From Thermotogaceae bacterium (lineage in GTDB: Bacteria; Thermotogota; Thermotogae; MWEM01): a stretch of 11,177 bases of DNA. Position numbers and translations under genes: made by a program. The number at the start of each line of letters is the position of its first letter. Within the stretch, counting starts at the first letter, position 1. The notes under the pieces are model-generated. The model worked only from the letters and a program-made list of their open reading frames with translations, was not told where the DNA came from and did not search any database. Shown here in pieces: positions 1 to 6,961 of this stretch. The DNA lies in the NCBI GenBank assembly GCA_012744415.1, contig JAAYCF010000138.1:1-11177 (forward strand), in the 5' to 3' direction.

Positions 1-194
1 AAGGAGAAGTCGCTCGATTTTTACAAGTTTTGGAAAAATACGAAGTATCCCCGGAGATCACGCGCCAACGCTTGTACATCGAGACCATGGAAAAAGTGCT
101 CCCGAACTTCAAAACCCTGATTATACCTGGAGATAGCGGAAATACCTTGAAACTCCTGGATATTCAAGCCTTGCTAAACGGAGGGGATCTATAA
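1..194 (+). CDS. hflK: HflK (FtsH protease modulator, SPFH/band-7 family), C-terminal fragment; the 5' end lies outside the window
   Basis: Frame 3 translates as ...EITRQRLYIETMEKVLPNFKTLIIPGDSGNTLKLLDIQALLNGGDL*. The 'ETMEKVL' C-terminal stretch is typical of HflK. The TAA stop at 192-194 overlaps the hflC ATG (TAATG), which is the classic hflK-hflC arrangement. Confidence 0.7.
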   Translation, partial: GEVARFLQVLEKYEVSPEITRQRLYIETMEKVLPNFKTLIIPGDSGNTLKLLDIQALLNGGDL

Positions 195-1054
195 TGAAAG
201 CTTTTTGGTGGTTCCTCGGGATTTTCATAGCTTTTTTCGTTGTTTTCGCCTTAGTGACCTACACGGTTGATGAGACACAACTCGCGATCCGTTTGCGGTT
301 TGGAAAGATTATGGACGTCCACGATAAGGCCGGAATCCATTTCAAAGCTCCTTTTATCGATAAGATAGAAAAGCGGGACAAACGCATCATGCTTTATGAT
401 AGCGCCCCCGAAAGCGTTCTCACAGTTGACAAAAAGCGACTGGAAGTGGACAGTTTCATCTTGTGGCGGATCTCGGATTCGAAAACCTTCCTGGAAACGC
501 TCAACAACACGAATAGCGCGTTAAACCGAATCGATGACATCGTCTACTCGAATATCCGCGATTCCTTTGCCAAACTGACGATTTCGGACATCATCTCTGA
601 AGACCGCCGCGCCTATCTTGAATCGATTACGAACCAGACATCCGATATTTTAAAGACATTTGGCGTACAAGTAACGGACGTCAACGTAAAACGGACCGAT
701 CTTCCGGACACCAACGCGAAGGCGGTATTCGAACGGATGAAATCTGAACGGTATCAGGCGGCGGCGAAGATTCGAGCCGAGGGAGAGAAAGAGTATAAAG
801 AGATCGTGGCGAGAGCGGAAAAGGAATCTTCGGTCCTGATCGCAGAAGCGAATAAACAAGCGGAAGAGATTCGAGGGAAGGGAGACGCTTCGGCTTTGGA
901 GGTTTACGCCTCAGCTTTTTCGAAAGACCCGGAATTCTACCATTTCTGGCGCTCTTTGACCGCTTACGAATCCGTCTTTCAAAAAGAAGCCGTGGTGTTA
1001 CTGGACGAAAAGGTTGATTTTTTACAGTATCTCTTTTCACATAAAGCTGAATAG
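194..1054 (+). CDS. hflC: HflC (FtsH protease modulator, SPFH/band-7 family)
   Basis: 286 aa. There is an N-terminal TM anchor (FWWFLGIFIAFFVVFALV). Segments 'LEVDSFILWRISDSKTF' and 'ASAFSKDPEFYHFWRSLTAYESVF' closely resemble E. coli HflC ('IVDSYIKWRISDF', 'ADAFSKDPDFYAFIRSLRAYENSF'). An SD-like cGGAGGGG sits 7 nt upstream of the ATG. Confidence 0.85.
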   Translation: MKAFWWFLGIFIAFFVVFALVTYTVDETQLAIRLRFGKIMDVHDKAGIHFKAPFIDKIEKRDKRIMLYDSAPESVLTVDKKRLEVDSFILWRISDSKTFLETLNNTNSALNRIDDIVYSNIRDSFAKLTISDIISEDRRAYLESITNQTSDILKTFGVQVTDVNVKRTDLPDTNAKAVFERMKSERYQAAAKIRAEGEKEYKEIVARAEKESSVLIAEANKQAEEIRGKGDASALEVYASAFSKDPEFYHFWRSLTAYESVFQKEAVVLLDEKVDFLQYLFSHKAE

Positions 1055-1060
1055 GGAAAG

Positions 1061-1768
1061 ATGAGCGTCGGTTCGACCGCGGGTTCTTTTTTTTCCGTGC
1101 GGGACCCTATCCTTGGGCAGACTTCTCGGGGACAGGAAAGGATAGAAACGGAGGTCGTTATCCATCGATCGCGGTTTATCGGTTGTGCCGCCCAGGTTCA
1201 TACGAAAGAAGAAGTGACAGATTTTATAAAAACCGCGAAAACGAGACATCCTCAAGCGAATCATCACGTTTGGGCTTATGTGATCGAGACGAAAAGCGGC
1301 AGCTTTCATTTTTCAGATGATGGTGAACCGGGAGGAACGGCCGGTGCGCCAGTTTTCGGGGTCTTATCCAAGTATCGGCTGGAGAAGACGGCCCTTGTCG
1401 TAACCCGTTACTTCGGAGGCATCAAGTTGGGGATTAGCGGGTTGATCGAAGCCTATCGCCGGTCCGCAGAAGAGACGGTTATGACAGTCGGTATCGTGCG
1501 TTACCGTCTCTATCGACGATATGCCTGTTCTTTGGCCTATCACGATTGGAAAGGCTTCCGTCACTTTTTGTCCGCGCTTGACGTTCCAGAGATTGGGATT
1601 ACAGTTCGATATGCCGAAAAGGTTGAGATTCTGGTCTCGATCGCTGAGGAAAAAGCGAGCCGACTCAGGGAAGAATTGGATCGTTACGTCGGGATGCGGA
1701 AGATCACAGGATATTCGGAAGGTGAACCGGGTTTTGCCCCGGATGAATCTGAAGCGGACACTCTTTAG
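1061..1768 (+). CDS. yigZ: YigZ / IMPACT-family protein (UPF0029 N-domain plus a C-terminal DUF1949-like region)
   Basis: Motifs 'IHRSRFIGCAAQV', 'HHVWAYV', 'FSDDGEPGGTAGAPV' and 'VVTRYFGGIKLGISGLIEAY' match the IMPACT/YigZ signature (E. coli 'KKSRFIT', 'HHCVAWV', 'FSDDGEPAGTAGKPM', 'VVVRYYGGILLG'). The gene begins 6 nt after the hflC stop. The exact start is uncertain; the ATG at 1061 has a very short SD spacing. Confidence 0.8.
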   Translation: MSVGSTAGSFFSVRDPILGQTSRGQERIETEVVIHRSRFIGCAAQVHTKEEVTDFIKTAKTRHPQANHHVWAYVIETKSGSFHFSDDGEPGGTAGAPVFGVLSKYRLEKTALVVTRYFGGIKLGISGLIEAYRRSAEETVMTVGIVRYRLYRRYACSLAYHDWKGFRHFLSALDVPEIGITVRYAEKVEILVSIAEEKASRLREELDRYVGMRKITGYSEGEPGFAPDESEADTL

Positions 1769-1783
1769 CGGAGCGTATAACGT

Positions 1784-4327
1784 ATGAGCGTATGGGAAGC
1801 GTTGGTATTCAGTCTCTCGTTATTAACCTCGGATCTGTTGATTCTCAACGGAATCTCAAAGTTTGATCTCAACAGGAAGACATCATTCTCTTTTATCCTG
1901 ATGTCTTTCGTTACCTCGATCGGATACGGACTCCTCCGATATGTCACAATTATTCTATTTGACGATCTCTATCTCGTCACCAACATTTTGTTTTTTTTGA
2001 ATAATCTCTGGTTGTTGGTATTCTTTCGAAATGCGGTCGTTCAGTATAATGATCACATTCCGATCGGCCGATATTTTGTTCTGTCGATTATTTGCTTCCT
2101 CGTCCCCATCTCCTTCGGTCTGTTTTTCAACCCGATGGGCAACTTCGAAACCCTAATGGTCCAAATGTCCTACATGTTGGGCGTTTTACCGATGGTCGTC
2201 TATTCTTCGATGCTGGCGGGGGTTTCCGTCGGCTCGGCGGTGTGGGGGATCATCATCGCGTGTTTCTTGTTTTCTGTGGACTTCTTTCTGCGTTTCGGGT
2301 TTTTTCGGATCCTACAAACGGAATTCCAAGAGGTGGTTTCGGAAACTTTTCGCGTCGTGTCGATCTTGCTGATTAGCATCTTCGGTCACTACGGCCAACC
2401 GATTCCGCCGGGAAAAAATCGGGAGATCATCCCTGGCACGCAACGGTTAAACAATGTGTTCTTCGCCTTGATCGCGTTTTTTCCAGTTATGATCTTTTAC
2501 ACCGTCTTTTGGCAGGTCAATCTCAACGACCGAAAAATGCAACAAAAAGAGATTGAGCTATCGAAAGAAGTCTTTATGATTAGCAGCAAAATGCTGGAAG
2601 ACAGAATCGAAACCTACTCTCGGATCGTCAACGAAGTGAAGAATTCGGCGAATCTTGCCACGGCGCAATGGAAACTCAAGACTTTTTTGTTTACCGACCC
2701 CGAAATCGATGTCGCGCAGCTTCTAACCTCTTATCCGATCATGTACAAGAACGAGGAAGTGGTCTTCGAGAGGGGTCGCGTCACTTTCTATACCCGTACC
2801 GATCAAGGGTGGGGCATTAAACTTTCGGTGAACATGGAGACCCTGTACGCGCAATTCCCGCTAAACGACTCCCAAAGGTTCTACGCTTTCCTGAACGATA
2901 CGACGTTTTTGTACCCTCCGGGGAGACTAATTGAAGCGAACGCCCTTTTCACCAGTCTCGGAGAGAGAGACTATATCTTCGTGAATTCGATCAATCTCTA
3001 TGAAAAACCGTTTCTTACCTACCTCATATTCAGCACCTCTCCGATCAGCGTCAACATCTATACGCTCGCTTTCATGCTGGGGGCGATATTTATTCTGGTC
3101 TTAGTATGGTGGTTCTATGGTTTCTACATCCATAGTTGGGAGAAGACGGCCAAAGAGAAGTATTTCTCGTTGAATCAAGCCAAAGAAGAGTACGGGGAAC
3201 AGATTGGCCGTTTAGAAAGCTCTTTGAAACTCATGTCTGGAGACTTGCAGATTACGGCCGATAAGCTTGATCAGTTCAGTCGAACGGTGTACCAACTTAC
3301 CGATAGTTTCTCGGGCTTTGATTTCCAAAAAGGGCCGACCTTTGAGCTGAAACAGTTATACGATAAGTTGCTGTCGATTATGAACTGGGTCGAAGATATC
3401 CTCTTTTTCCAAAAAACGGAACCGAAAGGGAAACTTTTGGCTTTTTCAGGAGGCGAACCTGTTTTAACGGCGCTGCCTCCTTCTCTCTTTCAGACTCCCA
3501 AAGAACTGTGGGTTGGACAACTTTCCTTGGGCCTTCCCGAAGAAGATCGGGGGACCTCTTCGGAAGGGTTATCGCCTCTTCAGAAAAAGGTTTTAGCCTC
3601 AAAAACCATCTCAATCGACAAACGCGATCTGATCCTCCTTGTTTTATTGAAAAGCAGAGCTTATGATCCTTCCGATTACGAGTTTCATTTTTTGCGCACA
3701 CTGTTCAATATTTCCGAACTGTATTTAAAAATCTTTTATTCGACGAAACGCAACGAAACCATCTCCCAAAAGTATATCTTACTATCTCGGTTTCAGATGA
3801 GCCTACTTTCTCCCCAAACGGTCGAGGCTACGGGCGCGGTGGCGGTTAACCCGTCCAACATCGGCGACGGTACCCAGAAAGTCATTTCGGCCTTTATCTC
3901 TTTCTTAAGGAAAATATACCCGGAAGCTTCCTTATGGGGAGTACGAATCGGTCCTGAAGAGAAGCCCGAAGATCAAATGCTCTACTATGCCAGGAAACCG
4001 TCCCATCCTGATCCAGGCGGGAACGTCTCTTTGAAGATCGAAAGAAAACGCTTGGATGAAGAGTTACAAGAACGCTTTTCCGCTTCGTTTTCTCCGGCGA
4101 AACCGTTCATGGGAGAGATCAGCGAAAAAGAAGGGATCGCACCCGATTCCCATTCCCGGATCTACCTCCCGCTTTACGCCCGTTCCGAGCCGATCGTGGC
4201 GCTATTAATGGAGTTTTCGTTTTTTAAGGTGTTTTCCAATGTGGAGAAAGAATACCTCTTTTTTCTTTGCCAGATACTCGGAGAAGCATTCGACGCCGTT
4301 CATCATAGCGGAAAGGTTTCACGATGA
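1784..4327 (+). CDS. Polytopic membrane sensor-like protein of 847 aa. It has about 8 N-terminal TM helices, a ~155-aa soluble domain, a TM hairpin, a coiled-coil segment and C-terminal GAF-like region(s). No kinase, GGDEF, EAL or other output domain is recognisable.
   Basis: Hydrophobic stretches occupy residues ~5-246 and ~400-440. The heptad-like charged segment 'EKTAKEKYFSLNQAKEEYGEQIGRLESSLKLMSGDLQITADKLDQFSRTV' looks like a coiled coil. The C-terminus 'SRIYLPLYARSEPIVALLMEFSFFKVFSNVEKEYLFFLCQILGEAFDAV' resembles the end of a GAF domain. An earlier 'KRDLILLVLLKSRAYDPSDYEFHFLRTLFNISELYLK' suggests a second GAF-like unit. 'ggag' lies 9 nt before the ATG. Confidence 0.6.
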   Translation: MSVWEALVFSLSLLTSDLLILNGISKFDLNRKTSFSFILMSFVTSIGYGLLRYVTIILFDDLYLVTNILFFLNNLWLLVFFRNAVVQYNDHIPIGRYFVLSIICFLVPISFGLFFNPMGNFETLMVQMSYMLGVLPMVVYSSMLAGVSVGSAVWGIIIACFLFSVDFFLRFGFFRILQTEFQEVVSETFRVVSILLISIFGHYGQPIPPGKNREIIPGTQRLNNVFFALIAFFPVMIFYTVFWQVNLNDRKMQQKEIELSKEVFMISSKMLEDRIETYSRIVNEVKNSANLATAQWKLKTFLFTDPEIDVAQLLTSYPIMYKNEEVVFERGRVTFYTRTDQGWGIKLSVNMETLYAQFPLNDSQRFYAFLNDTTFLYPPGRLIEANALFTSLGERDYIFVNSINLYEKPFLTYLIFSTSPISVNIYTLAFMLGAIFILVLVWWFYGFYIHSWEKTAKEKYFSLNQAKEEYGEQIGRLESSLKLMSGDLQITADKLDQFSRTVYQLTDSFSGFDFQKGPTFELKQLYDKLLSIMNWVEDILFFQKTEPKGKLLAFSGGEPVLTALPPSLFQTPKELWVGQLSLGLPEEDRGTSSEGLSPLQKKVLASKTISIDKRDLILLVLLKSRAYDPSDYEFHFLRTLFNISELYLKIFYSTKRNETISQKYILLSRFQMSLLSPQTVEATGAVAVNPSNIGDGTQKVISAFISFLRKIYPEASLWGVRIGPEEKPEDQMLYYARKPSHPDPGGNVSLKIERKRLDEELQERFSASFSPAKPFMGEISEKEGIAPDSHSRIYLPLYARSEPIVALLMEFSFFKVFSNVEKEYLFFLCQILGEAFDAVHHSGKVSR

Positions 4328-4349
4328 GAGTTAATAAAAGGAGGGCGGC

Positions 4350-4895
4350 ATGAAACGCCGACGAATAGGAATCGTAATATTCTGGATGCTTGTACTGAGC
4401 GGAGTGTGTTTGATGGCCGCCGAGTACCGCACCTCTTTGCAGGCAGAGTTTCCAAATCGGGTGAAAGAGCTGGAAGCGATTCTGGGAATGACCATCGAGG
4501 AGTCCGTCGTCGTTGTAAAAGAGTTCTCAAGCGTCGAGGCCTTTACGCGCGAAACCGGCGCGCCCTATTGGATTCGAGGGTTCACGAACGCTTATCGGAT
4601 ATGCTTGCAGAGCCGGCATCTGTTAGGCGAATCCGTCTATCGGAGCCTTTTAGAACACGAATTGCTGCATTGGACGATTCGGCGGCAAGCGGCTTTTCCT
4701 CTCTGGTTCGAGGAAGGAGTCGTCTGTTTAATCACGGGAGAGTTGTCCGGTTACCGAGATATCCCCGTGATGAAAAACGTGGAATCCGTAGACCCGATTA
4801 CCTTGAAAAATCCGTGGGAAATGGTATCCTATTCATTGGGTTGCTTGGAAAAAGTGAAAGAAATCGTGCAGAAGCAAACGGAGGGGCGTCCATGA
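4350..4895 (+). CDS. Small secreted or membrane-anchored putative zinc metallopeptidase with an HExxH zincin motif resembling the Peptidase_MA_2 pattern
   Basis: 181 aa. The N-terminal signal or anchor is MKRRRIGIVIFWMLVLSGVCLMAAEY. In 'LEHELLHWTIRRQAAFPLWFEEGVVCLITGE' an HExxH is followed ~17 residues later by a W-x-E-E-G motif, the pattern of the Peptidase_MA_2-like gluzincin family. A strong SD (aAGGAGGg) sits 7 nt upstream. Confidence 0.6.
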   Translation: MKRRRIGIVIFWMLVLSGVCLMAAEYRTSLQAEFPNRVKELEAILGMTIEESVVVVKEFSSVEAFTRETGAPYWIRGFTNAYRICLQSRHLLGESVYRSLLEHELLHWTIRRQAAFPLWFEEGVVCLITGELSGYRDIPVMKNVESVDPITLKNPWEMVSYSLGCLEKVKEIVQKQTEGRP

Positions 4896-5644
4896 TTTAT
4901 CCGGTACCGACACATACTTATAAAAAAAAGCCGAAACGCAAAGTTCCATGGCTGTTGATTTTGATTCTCATCGCGATTGCGTTCGCTGTTTTTTTCCTTT
5001 TCTATACTCATAATCTTCTCTTCGACAGCAGCGATATGACCGAACCCGTCGTCGACTTTCTCTTTCTGATACAGGATAAAGAGGAAGTCTTCTTTATCCG
5101 GTCCAACAGACAGCAAAAAATCAGCTATGCCGTACAGATGCCCTTAAAAAGCTTTGAACCGATCCAAGCCGTATCTTTGGACCAATCGACACCGCAGGGC
5201 ATCTATAATTCGATAGAAAAGCTCTTTGGACGGGCTAATCGGAGTTTCTGGGCGACGATAGAGACCTCTGACTTCACCGTTCTCGCACAGCTCTCGAAGA
5301 ACGCGCCAGACGTATCCCAAACAGGCGCTTCAGCGCCTTCATATGACATTCATCACTTTATCGGATTAGTACAACAGATTGATCTATCCGTGATCGAATT
5401 TATTTTCTTTCCGAAGATGAAGGCGTTACAAAATATCTTTAAGATGGATAACTTCAATAATCGCTCCGCTTTTCGCTTGGTCGACCAGCTGAAAAATTAT
5501 GCCTATAAAGCCACGCCGGTGGCCTTTCTCACTAAAAACCCTGTTACGATCCGGTACCTAACCGATTCGGGAGAAGTCGAGGTGGAACGGTTTTATTTAG
5601 ACGATAAGAGTTTAAAGTCGATCAAGGAGTTTATGTCCCAATGA
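4892..5644 (+). CDS. Membrane-anchored (type II) hypothetical protein, possibly a catalytically degenerate LCP-like paralog
   Basis: The ATG at 4892 overlaps the upstream stop (ATGA) and is preceded by GGAGGGG. The product is 250 aa with a Lys-rich cytoplasmic tail and one TM (WLLILILIAIAFAVFFLFY). The segment 'QGIYNSIEKLFGRANRSFWATIETSDFTVLAQL' aligns by eye with the LCP core of the next gene ('NGIYKKYGVEALQRTIESLFDLSIARYAVVDYEVFEFL'), but the RxD and SIPRD catalytic motifs are absent. The longer ORF-track version (4406..5644) is an out-of-frame upstream extension and is not used. Confidence 0.55.
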   Translation: MIYPVPTHTYKKKPKRKVPWLLILILIAIAFAVFFLFYTHNLLFDSSDMTEPVVDFLFLIQDKEEVFFIRSNRQQKISYAVQMPLKSFEPIQAVSLDQSTPQGIYNSIEKLFGRANRSFWATIETSDFTVLAQLSKNAPDVSQTGASAPSYDIHHFIGLVQQIDLSVIEFIFFPKMKALQNIFKMDNFNNRSAFRLVDQLKNYAYKATPVAFLTKNPVTIRYLTDSGEVEVERFYLDDKSLKSIKEFMSQ

Positions 5645-6948
5645 TACGGAACAGCCAAAGGGGCGGCGGGGCTTTATTAGCGTTGCCTTCCATCCTTCTT
5701 TGCGCCTCTGTCACCGTGTTCTTCCTAATCTTGCCCGGTTTCTTGAGCGACATTTTTACAGGGTCCGACGACACAACCGCGCAAACGGGTAAGGCGTACT
5801 ATCTGATATTAGGTGTAGACGACGCGGCAGCGGGAGGCGCTGATCGAACAGACATGATCGGCATTTTGGGGATCCATTTTGAAACGAAAAAATCGATCTT
5901 TATAAGCATCCCACGTGACTTGATGGTATCGAACGTTTCAGCGGAACAACCGCCTTCGGCTACTTCCACCGTGAGCGACCTAATATCACAACCTCTCGTG
6001 AAGATTAACGGAATTTATAAAAAATACGGTGTCGAGGCGTTGCAAAGAACCATCGAATCTTTGTTCGACTTATCGATCGCGCGGTATGCCGTGGTCGACT
6101 ATGAGGTTTTTGAATTTCTGGGCGATCTTCTCGGTCCGGTTAAAGTGAATATACGAACCACTTTAGACTACGAAGACACGCAACAAAACCTGAAGATCCA
6201 TTTTGAACCCGGTATTCAGGAACTAAACGGGAAGCAGCTGTTGCTCTATATCCGGTACCGAAACGACCCGCTCGGTGATTTGGGCAGAATCCAACGGCAA
6301 AAAGAAGTCTTATTCAGTTTGCTCCAGTCTTTGAAACTGAAGAAAGAAACAGCAACGATCAACCGCGTCATTCAGGAAGTTTTGGGAAAGATCGAAACGA
6401 ATTTCGACGCCCTCGACTTGCTTTCTTTGTGGGGATATGCGGAGGCATTAGGTGAAATCGCGTTTTTAAACTTTCCCTATACGATCAACGCCAAAGGAGA
6501 TATAGAGATTTCCTCCGAAAAGATGAAGCAAGTGCGAGAAGAAATCATTCTGATGGAAGCGGTCCAAGAACCTTATGTTCCCCAGTTGATCTTAATCAAT
6601 GCCTGGAACGACAATGCTTATCAATTCTCCGTCGTGGAATACAATCAATGGACGGGGCAGGGGATCCGCCCTTTCATTATCGAAAAACGGCTCGTTAATG
6701 AAGCCGTGAAAAAGGTTGCCGAAAACCGTGATTTAGTGTGTTTTTTAACACGAGACACGGAAAAACAAAAGGATATTTCGGAACGTTATCAAAGGGTGTA
6801 CCCAGCACGCCCGTATTTAGCGATTTATCCTGATATCGGCGCCGCATTTTCATTTCAAGATTATCTATCCGTTGTCGATACGTTGATGAAAGCGAAGGCC
6901 GCTTTTCCTTTTCCCGCTGACGCTTTGATTATCAAAACGCACCCATAA
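5641..6948 (+). CDS. LytR-CpsA-Psr (LCP) family phosphotransferase-like protein with an N-terminal TM anchor and a ~190-aa C-terminal extension
   Basis: The ATG overlaps the upstream stop (ATGA). There is one TM (ALLALPSILLCASVTVFFLILPGFL). LCP hallmarks are present: 'YYLILGVDDAAAGGADRTDMIGILGI', 'ISIPRDLMV', 'INGIYKKYG', 'YAVVDYEVFEFLGDLLGPVKVNI', 'LNGKQLLLYIRYRNDPLGDLGRIQRQKEVL'. Confidence 0.8.
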   Translation: MIRNSQRGGGALLALPSILLCASVTVFFLILPGFLSDIFTGSDDTTAQTGKAYYLILGVDDAAAGGADRTDMIGILGIHFETKKSIFISIPRDLMVSNVSAEQPPSATSTVSDLISQPLVKINGIYKKYGVEALQRTIESLFDLSIARYAVVDYEVFEFLGDLLGPVKVNIRTTLDYEDTQQNLKIHFEPGIQELNGKQLLLYIRYRNDPLGDLGRIQRQKEVLFSLLQSLKLKKETATINRVIQEVLGKIETNFDALDLLSLWGYAEALGEIAFLNFPYTINAKGDIEISSEKMKQVREEIILMEAVQEPYVPQLILINAWNDNAYQFSVVEYNQWTGQGIRPFIIEKRLVNEAVKKVAENRDLVCFLTRDTEKQKDISERYQRVYPARPYLAIYPDIGAAFSFQDYLSVVDTLMKAKAAFPFPADALIIKTHP

Positions 6949-6961
6949 TAAGGAGGTCGGC

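Noticed and set aside
1087-1094. Homopolymer tracts T8 (1087-1094), A8 (4922-4929) and A8 (7320-7327) as possible slipped-strand phase-variation sites
   Set aside because: Tracts of 8 nt are at or below the usual threshold for appreciable slippage. Each encodes plausible residues in frame (FF, KKK, EKK). There are no length-variant data, so they are probably just composition.
1769-1800. Tandem 'AGCGTAT / CGTAT' mini-repeats around the yigZ stop and sensor start (gagcgtataacgtatgagcgtatgg)
   Set aside because: It is very short (5-7 nt units, three copies) and plausibly chance. It contains the SD-like GGAG and the start codon, and has no evident structural role.
1521-2376. Short plus-strand ORFs 1521..1787 and 2092..2376 overlapping yigZ and the sensor gene in other frames, and 9596..9868, 9995..10177 and 10286..10516 near coaE
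   Set aside because: They are off-frame overlaps of supported genes with no motifs and basic low-complexity translations.
4406-4891. A 162-codon open alternate frame, upstream part of the listed 4406..5644 ORF, completely overlapping the zincin gene
   Set aside because: The translation is a low-complexity Arg/Ser/Gly-rich string typical of an off-frame read of a real gene. The zincin frame has a signal peptide, HExxH...WxEEG and a strong SD. The downstream protein has its own SD-preceded ATG at 4892 coupled to the zincin stop.
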